Of a stretch of DNA of 64,000 nt, positions 13,586-26,400 are shown piece by piece. The stretch lies in the NCBI GenBank assembly GCA_040954595.2, contig CM082594.2, positions 5,961,962-6,025,961 of the forward strand, read 5' to 3'. This DNA comes from Balanoglossus misakiensis. Taxonomy: Eukaryota; Animalia; Hemichordata. Position 1 is the first letter of the stretch; every line of letters starts with the position of its first letter. The notes under the pieces are model-generated. The model was not told where the DNA came from and did not search any database. It saw only the letters and a list, made by a program, of their open reading frames with translations. The translations under genes and the position numbers were made by a program.

Positions 13586-16500
13586 CCTTCCACACACATT
13601 ATACACTCACACACTATGAATTAGACTGAAAAGTGGTATTAGAAGCAACTACAATCTAAAGTTAGACTACTACTATTATTCATCAACATTTCAAAGAAAT
13701 AATTAACTATTTTTTCTATTTAGTATTTAATCATTTTATTAATTTAATTCCCTAACTAGATGAAGATAACTGAGAGGTTGCCAAGGACTCAAGTATTCAC
13801 GTCATTCAAATGCCAGGATGCAGTTTTGTCATCTAACAAGCCTATTATAGTAATCAGTTTTGAATAATAACAATTATTAGTCATTTTATTAATTTCTGAA
13901 GGTGGTTAAGAAATGACTTATTCATTAAATTTACATCTTGCTACGGTAATCTTTATTTTTCATATGATCAACCTTAAATCCTTGTAAATCTTTGACATTT
14001 GCATAAAAGGGCCTGTCCTGGGCAACTGCCCAAAAGTACATAACAAAATATCTAATGGGTCAACATCACTGGGTTAACATGAACATGATTGTCTGCCATC
14101 AATGCGTCTGACTGACTGAATCTTATAGAGTAATTGTAATGAGTGACGTACCTTCACTGCTCCATTGATGACCGTCCCACATGTTCAGTTGGACTTGAAT
14201 TGTTGCAAGAAAGACAAAAGAAAGGTAAGTTCTATGAGGACAAATACACGATTAAATGATAGTAATGAAATTCTCACAGGTTTATGGATTTTGAGATACA
14301 TGTACATAAACAGACAAGTTTGAATGCAGGATGAATAAATTATTTGAACAATAGGTTATACGTGCTATTTCAAAAGTCCGACACCCCTCGCGTCAAAATT
14401 CAGCGGCCCAGGACAGGCTTCCGTAACTTTATTTCATGGGAGTTTATCCCCGGGTTATATCAGCTCAAAATAAACACGAATGACAGCCGTAACTGTACTC
14501 ATTCTTTTTATCGTGGTTACATTATGCCACCCCGGTAAATCCCCACTCGGCGTCAAAACTCTGCCCCGTACAGACAATGGACCTGGCGAACTTAGCAGAT
14601 ACGACTCAACCTCGTAGGCGATACCATTATTTTTTAGGGGCCGATGGGTAGGGTATGAGGCTAAGTGTGAAGTGAATGGATAGGGCAATAAACGGATTGT
14701 TGTGCTGTATAGGACACCTAACGGTAACAACTACGTCTATCACAGAGGCTATGGTTGTTTTTTTCGCCCGTCGAGCCCCCATTTCTAAAAGCGACGCCAC
14801 TTCGCGTTCGTTTGTTTGTTTGTTTTTTTCGAATTGAATACAGTGGTTTACCGAAATTTCATGAAGACAAATGAAATTCTCCCAAGTTGCATTTACGAAT
14901 TTAGAGATACGTTTTGACGTTGATACAGTGAAGCAAAGATGTGTAGTCATTGGCAAAAAACGAATGTAGGTCCAACGTGCATTTCTCCATGCTTGGGCCA
15001 AAGACCCCCCCCCCCCCCACACACACACACACAAACAACGGCTACTTTTGGAAAATTTTGCTCGACGTGGACATGGTTCTGTACACAAAATGGAAAAAAA
15101 GGCCATGACTTACCTCAACTGATGATATCTTCAGCGAACAGTACATCCAAGGGGGGGGGGGAATGGGAAGGTAAATTTGGATTTTTCACTGGGAAATTCA
15201 GAGCAAACGTGGACATGAAAACATGAAAAACGTGGTCGTCTCAAAATGTCTGGCGTTAAAAATTATTCATAATTTCTTGTGGGTCTATTGATAAACAAAT
15301 TTTACTTGGACAGACTGACCATTCACAGACGGCTGATAGGCCGTACTGCGGATAGTGATTTGCATGAATTAATTATGTACGCATCATGAGACCCAGCAGC
15401 AGACCAGCTGAGTTCATGCAGGAAACAGCCAATCAGGGACTTGCAATCATTCAAATCAACCAATCAGAAGAAAAACAAACAAGTAATTACCGCAACTACA
15501 GAAAATATTTCACTCACTATCTCTGTTTCACTTCATTCCAGGGATGAGCTGCCGTGTTGTGCACGGTGATGACATCGCGAAAATCTCACTTGTGAACGCT
15601 AAAACTAGTAAAACGTAGCGCTCCTTGTAGCGACCGATCGATGCGATGACTGCTATCGCTATCCAGTGCCCGACTCACAGACGTGGAAGTCAAGTTTTTA
15701 CCCCGTCCGACTAAAAACAAAACTTACCCCTCTAGGACTGCCAGTTGGTATCTTCCAACGTTTAGTTTCACCCGCTTCTTGTTCACCGGCTGGCCCTCTC
15801 TGTCTTGCAAAAAAATAAGTTCTTGTTATATAATCCCCTAAGAACACTAAAACGTCATTGTTCCTATCAACATAATATGTATCGTCGTTTTAAGCCAACC
15901 TGGGCCTAATATCACACTTATTTAATTAATTTCTCTTTGTAATATAAGATACGTGCCACTTGCAAAGTAACATTTTATACCAAAGTACCAATGAAAGAGA
16001 CCTATACGGAGCAGTAGAATGAATTCACTGCCTCAGAAGGGTAGTGTAGCCGAAGCATGGTGCCGTATCTTGCGTGTTTACACAGATTACATGTAAGCGC
16101 ATGTGGCAACCATTCTTTGGCAACAGACCCACATTTTGCCGGATGTTTTCGTGTGTTTTTTGTGGAGGACACGAGGCTTCGGTTGATCGAACTGTACTAA
16201 ATACTATTAAAAGTGCATGACATGTTGGTGTTCGTAGTCATCTGACTTAACCTCCGGGGGCTATCGAATGCACTTTTCTTTTCGTAACAAAGTGTGCACG
16301 AAAGTGGCGTCATGTGTTTTTGAATATCACATAACACAACTTTCGTATGTCATGCGAGCGCACCATGGCACGGCATGCGTTATTATTGACTTTAAGGAAT
16401 GAAACCACTAAATCCTGTAATTTATGATCTGGAGTGTCGATACTCTTCATCGAAAAAAACAACCCCAGTTGAACACAATGAAACGGTATCACGTTTTCCC

Positions 16501-16825
16501 GCTATTAATTTTTTTTCCGGAAAGAAAATATCTGGCTATACATTTCTTTCAAAAAACGTGGTTGCATAGGGTATAACTACAATACGTGCAATTTAATGAC
16601 TTTCAGGGGATAATCCGACCAGGAGATTTACCTTCGTCGATCGGTTTCCTCCACAACACGGCGGCTTCGTTGGATTAATATCGTACTTGTGACTTTGGGC
16701 AAATCCTGAACGTGCTGATTGTTAACTCTGTCTCGGGGGGGGGGGGGGGGGTAAAACAGGGTAGAGTCGAGAGTTACATGTTTGCATCTCAGGGTTCTGC
16801 CGAGCCAAAACAGAGTGGTGGTCGC

Positions 16826-16863
16826 GCTCATGAATATTAATGAGATTATTAATATTCATGAGC
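16826..16863. repeat. Perfect 16-bp inverted repeat with 6-nt spacer
   Basis: GCTCATGAATATTAAT-GAGATT-ATTAATATTCATGAGC. Confidence 0.85.
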
Positions 16864-17739
16864 TCGATGTAAAGTGTTATCGACCTGACCTAATTACGTG
16901 ACCTTTGACAGTATGCGTCTTTCCTTTGCTTTGTAAACCCGGAAGACAGGCAATTTTTCACCGGACTTTTTCATGACGGCGACATCAACAATGATGACGA
17001 TTTTGGGGGTTTCAAAGACTGCAATTTTATACCGATCGAGGCCATTAGCAATCCCGACCGTGACAACGACTTTGGAGTCGATCTCAAGAGTGGGTGGTCG
17101 CGCGCGATCGCGGGACCCAGCCGGCTGCATCGAGCTATAGACCCGATGTACCGCGCACGGTCAGTCGAACGCGCGCGACCTTGTTATCGACAGTTTAGCG
17201 GGTTTCTTTGTTGACTCTCTCCTCCCATGTGTTTGATTTCCGCCGAAAAAGAAAATTTCTCACGCCAAAACGCGCGTATCACAGCGAACAATAGCAATGG
17301 TCGCGACCTTTTTGTCCTGGTTGCGGCCTGAAGAGTGCCGGTCGCGCGCGACCGGCGCCGACCAGCGTGGGCAGATCCCTGCATCTAATAGAATCATTAG
17401 TTATTAATATTTAATGCCCCTCTGAGATACCAGAGTTTCAGCATAAGGTAGAGACTTTTTGTTAGTAGTAATGTAATTATACTATGTACATGCATACGAG
17501 CTATTTCATCTCAACTCTAAGATAATGGTAAATATGTGGGGAAAAGACCTCATTTTTGGTTTAATTTCTGCTTGGAAGAAATCACATGTCATTTTTCTTA
17601 TCACATTTTGTCGGCGGTATGTGATCTGTGCCATCCAGAAAAGTCTTTCGCAGCACGCCCTGTCGTCCTAAATAATAAGTTATAGCGTAGGTAACTGCAA
17701 TGACTGTAGTTTATTGTCAGTGCAACAGAGTGTTGTTTG

Positions 17740-18141
17740 GTTACCATGGTGACCCTCGTCGGGGCAACCTGTCATCGCGACACTTGAGAAACGGAACGAC
17801 CCCCGCACATCTGTTAAGACACACTGAAAACAATGTTGACATTAGGGTTGCCCATGGTAACAAAATGCCAAACAAAAACCTGTACTTAACGGAATCAGAA
17901 ACCATCAATGCCGCCATCAATCGGGATAAAAGTTAGACGGAATACACAACACTCGGCGTGTCCATTAAACGCCCCAAAAGTAATGTTCATCCCATTTTGC
18001 TTAAAGGCCATTTAAGGTCGCATTAACGTCGCGACTTTGTTCTACACACAATGAGACCGGATCGTTTCCATGGAATTCCTTAAAACATGTTAGTAAGATC
18101 CATGGTGAATAGTTAAAAATAGGAACAGTTTCCATGGTTTC
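17740..18141. promoter_or_regulatory. Cluster of RFX X-box-like motifs upstream of receptor GC gene 1
   Basis: GTTACCATGGTGAC 17740, GTTGCCCATGGTAAC 17847, GTTTCCATGGAAT 18064, GTTTCCATGGTTTC 18128; these resemble the RFX consensus GTTGCCATGGCAAC. Function not demonstrated. Confidence 0.35.
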
Positions 18142-21100
18142 GTACAGTTGTTATATGAAAGACCCGCGGAAACCCACACCGACAGATTTCAACTTCTGAG
18201 CGTTTAAGGGATTTTCACAGGCCGATAACCCGAAAATAATGTACAGTCCAACCTGTTGAATAGTCATGCAGCCAGACCCACAAAACAGAAAACGACCTGT
18301 CCAGACATATATTTCCAAATTGTAAGGTTGGATGGATTAAATGTGTGAGCAGACGGTCACCTTTGCCACTGGAAAATCACACGAGAATCGATCTGCCCAC
18401 AGCAACGTTAATCTAGGCAAGAAGTATGTCATTGCAAGTCATCACTTATTCCTGCGGAACAAGAATAAACGAATTAGGCCTACATTTGGCCGTATGGTTT
18501 GTTTTCAAATTGACAATGGAAAAAAAAACTTCAATGTTAAATTTCATGTCGTGTTTTCACCCGAGACACATATATACGTTTTGCAGAAGAGAAGCGAAGT
18601 TTCACTCGTTATGACCGGGAGATACATTATGCCTAGATTACTCCAGAACAAGTCATATGGGCGAAGAAAATCAAATCCCCACTCGCTATGACAGTACAGG
18701 GAATAGGCGTTATAACGGAAAACACCCCAAGCCCTTTTTGGAGATATTTAAACTTGGGAACAATGTCCCTGACTGGTAACATTACACCTTGGAGTTCCCT
18801 GCTGTGATTTACGTTTCGGGTAATTTAAATTCAACATGTGCTTCCGAGGTAATGACGATAATTCTAATATTTAGGCAACCTTAATTGAGGTCTACGCTGC
18901 GGTTATTATTTTCTTTAATTGGATTAAATTCACATTGTCACACTGACGAATGAAGAAGGCGTTTAGCTTCGACGTCATTTTTGCGCAGTCGGGGCGTTTG
19001 ACGATGCGGTCGATGCCTCCATTTCTATGATCACGATGGGGTTTGTACATGTAGTCACTTAAGTCACAGCCAGTGTATATTAGGATCAGTTTCGTGAAGC
19101 CACGCGTGTCAAAGTCTTAAGACGTGAAATTATCAGGCAGGATCGAAGACATGTTTGCGGCCAAACGATATATCATCAAACAGAATGATATTTCGACATT
19201 TAGCATTTGCGTGGGCCATTTTTCATGACGTTATTTTCAGAAATCGCCACAATTTCTATCACGTCGCGAACTGAAGCAACCTACTGGGCACGTTGCCTTG
19301 AAACATAATCACAGTCTTTTGAATACTCGTTGCTCTGCAGTCAGTGTGTATACCATCCAGTCATCCGCAACCTGCTGTAGCGATCAAGAGCAACCCGTCT
19401 TTGTGTCTGTCCAATTGCATTGGCTGGTTCAATTCACGATCTGATCAAATTGTGGCGAAAAGAAATACTTAGAGAAAACCGTGAGCCCCAGAAAACGACC
19501 GCAATGCAGTCGTCTGATAATTTCATTCCGTCTCTTTGAATTCGATGAATGTGTACTTAAGTTAATAGGGAAATGTAGTTTTATCCAATGAAAGGTACAT
19601 TCGGTGAGCTTATTTCAGTCTTTAGCCTAATTAGCCTTATACATGAACCTATTATCAGAATATTCTACTTGACATTTTCGGGACCTAGTGTCCGATAGCG
19701 TAAGCAAGGTATCCAGTAAAAGAATGACAAGATCTCGCCACCTGCAGGTGGCTTCGTCACTCGTTTTGTGCCAAACGCCTTTTCGAGGTCTTAGTAACAA
19801 GGGAGACAAATAAAGAATCCTTGCCGTGAATAGACGGAAGGGATCCTGTCATCGGTTATGGATGACATGACTTGTAGTTTTTTTTGTACAATATGCTTGT
19901 ACTGTAACAATGAAGGCGAGACTGGCATATGAATTAAGGGACGATCGTATAACCTTCAAGTAATTTGTCACAAATCACGTGGTTTACTCGGAGCATTTTG
20001 GAATAAATAGCCGATTAATTTCATTGGCTATTTTACCACGGGTGTCTTACATCCCTCCCCCAAACACAGCAGCGCAAACTTAATAACACACTCTCGTCAT
20101 CCGCGAGATGGGATTTGTGGAATTACCACCAAGTGAAGGCGGACAGCGCGCGCGGCAGACGGATACACCATATAATGTCAAGGTTACCTGCCCAATAGGC
20201 TGATTTCATTCACGATTTGATCGAATTGTAGTGAAACGAAAAATCGCGGTGAGTATTCTGTTTAACGATACTCAACTTGTGTGGATGATCACCATGGTGA
20301 CGTCATTCCCCATTATTATTTTTTATTGGCCAAAATTGGCCGGGGGACAGCTCATTTTGACTTTAACCACATTCTTTAAGTGGTACAAAATGTACTAGGT
20401 TACTATACCAGTCAGGCCTCACAACCCGCAGGTGCTCGTTGTCGCTGCTTCGTCGTTTTGTTCCGAGTGAGTGCAGGTTCAAGGTCCGACACGCGAGTCT
20501 AATCAAAGATCCTTGTTTTTGACGGAAGGTTTTTTCCCTTTGTTATGCACGGCACGGTATAACTTGCGACCACGTTGAGCACAAAGTTTCAAGTTTGAAC
20601 GTCCGCAAGGGAATTCAGGGACAAGCGTGGCCTTCGTCACTAATCACGTGGTTAACTTCGAATAGGTGGAATAAAGGGGACGAATAACATAGGCCACATT
20701 ATGTGGGCAAGGGGCGGAGGAGAGCCATTCACACCCTATTACACTTAGCCAATATAGTTAATTGTTAATTACTAATTTATTCCAATCATTCCAAGTCGTA
20801 TGCGTGGTTGGTGCGAAGAAGGCCGTGTTTGTCGCTGAATTCCTTTATCTACGTCCAAACCCTGAAAGAATGTACTAAAAATTATGCGGCACACAAGAAA
20901 CTTTAATAAAGAATTCTGTCAACAACATGGGTGTGACGACAACAAGAATGCATGATGACGCAAATGAGGTGTATCCTCAAACTACACTTTGGCCCATCGC
21001 TGTGTTTAATTATGCAGGTACCGCCGCGTTTAACACGCGAATTAAGTTTTACCAATCTGAAATCACATTGTCGACTCGCCTAACTTATTGTCGAGTCGCC

Positions 21101-22707
21101 TAACATGCTATAGTCAACCCGTCGGTCGATATTCTTCCGTTCATCTCCGGTGCTGAATTTTGGATCATAGTCGTTCATCAAGCTAACCAAACAGCAAATC
21201 AATAAGCCACTCTCAGCGAAGAGTCCCGAAAGGCGGACATGCAGACATACCACTTAATGAAAAAAATCGACCAGACATTTCGATTATACGGGTTGCTAAC
21301 CATTTGTGCCAATCGAGGCCCTCACTTTCACCCAATGTTTCTTATTTGGATCAGGAACCGTCTAATACAGCATATATGGCCGGGTCCAGCAGGTTGAATC
21401 CAGCACTTAATATATGTAAATATATGCAACACAGCATCGGCAAAATTGAGTGATATCCCTTGAATCTCTCCCAGAGTCTTGGCCTATTAAACCTCAGTGT
21501 CAACCTACAATAAACTTCTCACCCGTCAGTATTTCTTGTTCATATATACCCCAATTATATTCCAACACGGCTATTTATTCTCATTACCATCGGCCTGAAG
21601 AGTCGAGTTAGTATCCGTGACAATATTTCACCGAGAATTAGAATCATCACAGCCCAAGCCCTGTGCGCTTTGGCGTAAATTGGCCGTGATAGATCTGTTC
21701 TATCGATGCTTTCACTAACTCAGATTATTTACAGCTTAAAATCTGACGACTCTTACAATATAGAATCACAACCCCATACATCTTTACACGAATCCCGATA
21801 AATTATCACTTAGTAAAATCACAATTCATTAAAATCGACCGTTTTTATCACCAGTCTTTCAAACACGACTCAGTGCAGACGTAAGTCCCGATTTAACTTA
21901 TATACAGTGAATCATTAGTAAACCTGTCTTCAATGTTGACAATACTGAAATATCAAAATATTATATGAGCCTGCTTATTTGTATAGCCGGTCATTCTCAT
22001 TAACACACATGCAATTGTATTTTACCGATCACTGATGGCAAGAAAGTGAGGCGAGGTCACTCCAAATGGATATTTCCTGTTGTTGCAGTATTTCTCTTAC
22101 AAAGCTTTCGTGGGCCACTATTATTACTGATATTCAGAAAACCCTCACCAAAAGCCTTTGCATACAGAGAATATTGTCATCACAAAACAGTACCTGCATG
22201 CCTTCCCAGTGCACGCGCCGCCCCTGCCTCTTAAGTATGCGTAAATCATATTAATCTATGTAAATTATATTAATATATGTAAAATCATCGTGGTTATATT
22301 AATTGTAATTTTGAGCAGCTGCTGATACTTCGGAGGGCCAGAGAGCGAGCGTGTGTTTTCATCACGGCGATAAGGGTTCGGTCATGGACTGCTGCTTCCC
22401 GGGGACTTTTTGGTTACTCACGTTGTTCTGAGATCGTTGACGTTTCGTGTTTTCCTTGGGTTAAAGTGTGATCTGGTCTAGTACTGCGACTTTGTTCCGA
22501 TGGGGACTCGCGAAACCGGCGAACACGTGAAGACGTGAGACGGCGTGCGCGCGGTTGGACGTCGTCATAGTTGGTTTAACAGGCGTCTTTTTGCTGATAA
22601 GTTTATAACTAACACTTCGTTTGGCGAGATCGATGATGTGACATGGTGGTTAATTACTAGTAGTCTGCTCACAGAGTCCGAGAGCTTTCCCTGCATGTGC
22701 GACAACC

Positions 22708-23404
22708 ATGAAGATTCTGGATGTCTGTATGTTGGTGGTGGTGACGGCGGCAGCGACGTTTGGAAACTTTGGGCTGGCGGCCAATTTCACGATGCTGGTC
22801 TTCCTGCACAACTCGACCAATCCGTCGGCGAGCCCGTACACGCTGCAGAAAGTGATGCCGGCCATCGACATCGCCGTCGAGAGAATCAACGCCGACCCCG
22901 AGCTGCTGGGCGGCCACTCGCTGAGCACGGTGGTGGTGGACTCGGCGTGCAGCCGCATCCAGTCGGTGGTGGCCGCCGTGGAGCAGACGGAGCTGGTGAG
23001 CGTCTCCGGCATCATCGGCCCGGCCTGCTGGAACCCCATGGAGATGATCGGCGTCATGGCCGCCTACTGGAACCTGGCCGTCGTCTCGGGCGCCAGCGAG
23101 GACCCCGACCTGAACGACAAGACGCGGTACGTGACGCTGACGCGCACGTACGCGCCGCTCGACCGGCTGGCCACGGGCTTCTACGCCATGGTCGAGGACT
23201 TTAGTTTTAAACTCTTCGGAATGATATACGACGACGAGAATCAGGACGCATTCATCATCGCATACGCAGTGTACTGGACGATATCCGAGCAAACGAACAG
23301 TTCATTTACAACGGACCCCCGAGGAGTGCGCGCGTACAAGCCATCGAATTTGAACGACGGTGAACTCCTGACTGTACTACGAAATGTGTCATCAGTTTCT
23401 AGAG
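22708..23404 (+). CDS. Gene 1 exon 1 (signal peptide, ectodomain N-terminus)
   Basis: [16 protein letters not shown]...IIGPACW...RNVSSVSR; donor G|GTAAGT, phase 1. Confidence 0.92.
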
Positions 23405-26400
23405 GTAAGTAACATCAACTCAACCCCCTTAAATTTGCATTTGCGACGTTAATCTAACAACGAATCCAAACTATGTCCGTCCAGATACATTTGTTGTAGT
23501 TTGTCTGCCTGTGGGATAACGCTAGACGTTTCATATCCAGCAGCGCTTTAATACCACAGACGCGAAGAGTTGTAATATAATATGTATTTTTCTCTCAGTC
23601 CGGTCCCCCTTTCCCACAAGTTCGACATTCCCGCCTTCAGGACAACGTCCTCGGTGCTATTTTAGGTTTCCAATCTACTAAAGCAATCTACAGGGTCTAT
23701 CTGACGCAATGAAAGTAAAGAATCTGATCATTGCGAGATGTGGGGATCGGATGTCAACTGAGGTCACGCTTCGTAAATATACCACGAGCAGCGGAGTTTG
23801 TAATTGGCGTGATGGTTGCGGTTGAATCGCATGGAAATCTAGATAATCTATACACATGTCTGTTAAAGATAACTGGCATTGTGAGATCACCCAAAGACGT
23901 GACGATGTCCCGATACTATACAGCACGGCATCTGCCGCGCCGTCGCGAGTGAAAACCCCAGCCGGCTTGAAACAAAATTGCACCTGACAAGCGCGTTATC
24001 TATCGATAACTTAATGGGATTTCGTCGCTTCATCACTATTTAAGAGATTGATTCGGGCAAACGGCATTATTGCTCGGTCGATTAAGAGAGGGTCAACGAT
24101 CGAGAAATGTTTAATTTTCCCCCGATCAGGCAATTCTCTATAAATTGGACGTGTGGCTAATGCAAGTGAGTTTCACAAGTCTCTGTTGATATTTTTCGAA
24201 CCGTGGAGACACGCGCAAATGAATCTCTCCGCTCATGCCCAGCGTTGCAAGATCACGGTTGTACAAATATTTCGTTCCTGTCGAAAGCTCTATGATTTCA
24301 TTAGTGAAAGGTATATGATTAAAATAAACGCGGAAACAACGTAAAACCAATTTGTGAATCGCGCATCAACAATTTTGTCCGCGGAGGGAGTCTGAGACAA
24401 GCTCCGCGACACCGTTGTTAATACTCTTTATCACCAATACTTCCTTGATCCAAAATGAACATTTAATTGTAGACGTAAATATTGTTATATCTATAGCCCC
24501 CCTGGTACCGAAAGTATATTTTTACTGACACTTGCCATTTTATGAATGGAGGGTGAAAGGTCGACATTGGAACCCGAGAGTATTAATTCCCTTGTGTTGT
24601 CATGCGTACCGAATAAAAAGTACGCTGCGTATCCATATTTGTCTGTGGCGTCATTTTAAAACCCCGTTGTAACCCGAAACCTCTAGGTTGGACAAGATCA
24701 CAGGAAATATTAGGCCTCGCCACCATTATTTGCTAGGCGCACAAATCCGCACATGCAGGCGGTTTAGAATTGCAGCTGTCACGTGACGTTTTTGCATGGA
24801 TGTTACAGCATAGAGAAAAACGGAGAAGAGATGTCGAACCACTGATATACACGAAGCTGATAACAACTGGTTATACGTCAAACTACAGACTGAGCAAAGG
24901 AACCTTTGTAAACACACACACATAACTTTACGTGTATGATTGCACATTTCTGGCGACCATTAGTGAAATTTCATCATTCAGTAATAAGGAGTCACATATC
25001 ATGTAACTGCTAATTATACCACAAGCCGAAGATATTCTCTATTGATGGCAGACACATCGGCGTGTCATAAAAGCGTTATGTATGACAGCACATATTCATT
25101 AACACATGAAACAGCCATCAAGGTTCGGGAACATCGGTTTCTTTAAGATGATGCCGTATTGGCCAACATATGTTCACGGAAACTTGCAAATTATGACATT
25201 GTCGGTAAAGTTTTAGAATTTGAGTGGAATTTCTTGTTTTATATATAATGTAAACGTTTGTATTAGACGTATGGGTTAATATAGTTTTAACAAGCTGGTA
25301 AACAAACTGGGATATCTGTGTATATACAGGAAAACGTACCGTCTGCCCACCAGCTAATTGCCAATATGTGGTAGACTGATCATACACGTAATTGTTCGTA
25401 CAAATTAGTTTAATGATTGATGAGTCCCGTAAGTAGAGCGTGGCAAATTCATCTTGGGTTTATATTGTCAAAAAGACCAAGCAGTTTTCTGCAAACAACT
25501 GTCATCGATTAAGCTACATGGGGTGTCACCAAACTTAGTCCAAGTTCAAGGGCATTTAGTCCTGAACGACATCATCCTGGCGCGAGGCACACGAACTCGA
25601 TATATGTCCATTAATGTGAAATCATAAATTATCTTGCTAGATTAAAGTTCAAGCGATATCACTCATACCTCCTTCCAACCTTAATTGCGATTATGTGAGA
25701 TCATGAAGATAAAGTTACATGTTCTGTGACAACCAAACCACTTACACCAAGTGTTGATGCCAGGAAGCTAAGGGAAGAACCGTTTGATTTCTGGGGGGGG
25801 GGGGTGGTGAAGGCATTAACTCAATATGGCCACTTTACTTTCTTTTCTCAGTGATAATAATCTGCGCACTTCCGGACGACGTCCGACGAATAATGCTGCA
25901 CGCCTACGACCTGGGACTGATCAACGGGGAGTACCTCTTTTTTGACATGCAGCCAAGTCAAGACTTGGACCAGGAGAAGTACCCATGGAAACGGGACGAC
26001 GATCGAGACGAAGACGCCAAGATAGCATACCAGGCCCTGATGACGGTGACAACGAAAAGACCCAACAGTCAATCATACAGGGAGTTTTCGGATGAAGTTC
26101 GGAGGCGTGCACTCCGAGATTACAATTTCACCTTTACGGACGAGATCGTGAGTGAATTTGGTTTTTCATTTTCATGAATCCTCACACGTTTCACACATTC
26201 AGTCGTTGGGGGGTCAAATTTTATCATCAGAATGAATAAATGGACGACAACCGCCGGAGCGGTCCAGGGTATGATCCAGTTAAGCGTAAATAACCATTTA
26301 GGTTAGGCAAACATTAACCACAATAATGTCAAAACACTGCGACTTTGCCTCTCTTGAATAGTCACTAAAAGACAGACAAAATAGGATCTTATTCAAATCA

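Noticed and set aside
18240-18310. Tc1/pogo-like TA-CAGTC terminal sequence (similar weak hints near 60530 and 63270-63400)
   Set aside because: No matching opposite terminus or target duplication could be identified.
14344-22300. Short ORFs as a peptide-ligand precursor for the receptors
   Set aside because: None shows a convincing signal peptide with dibasic cleavage sites and a Cys ring; all look like random ORFs.
22545-23292. Long overlapping ORFs on both strands of exon 1
   Set aside because: Shadow ORFs expected from extreme GC3; low-complexity translations.
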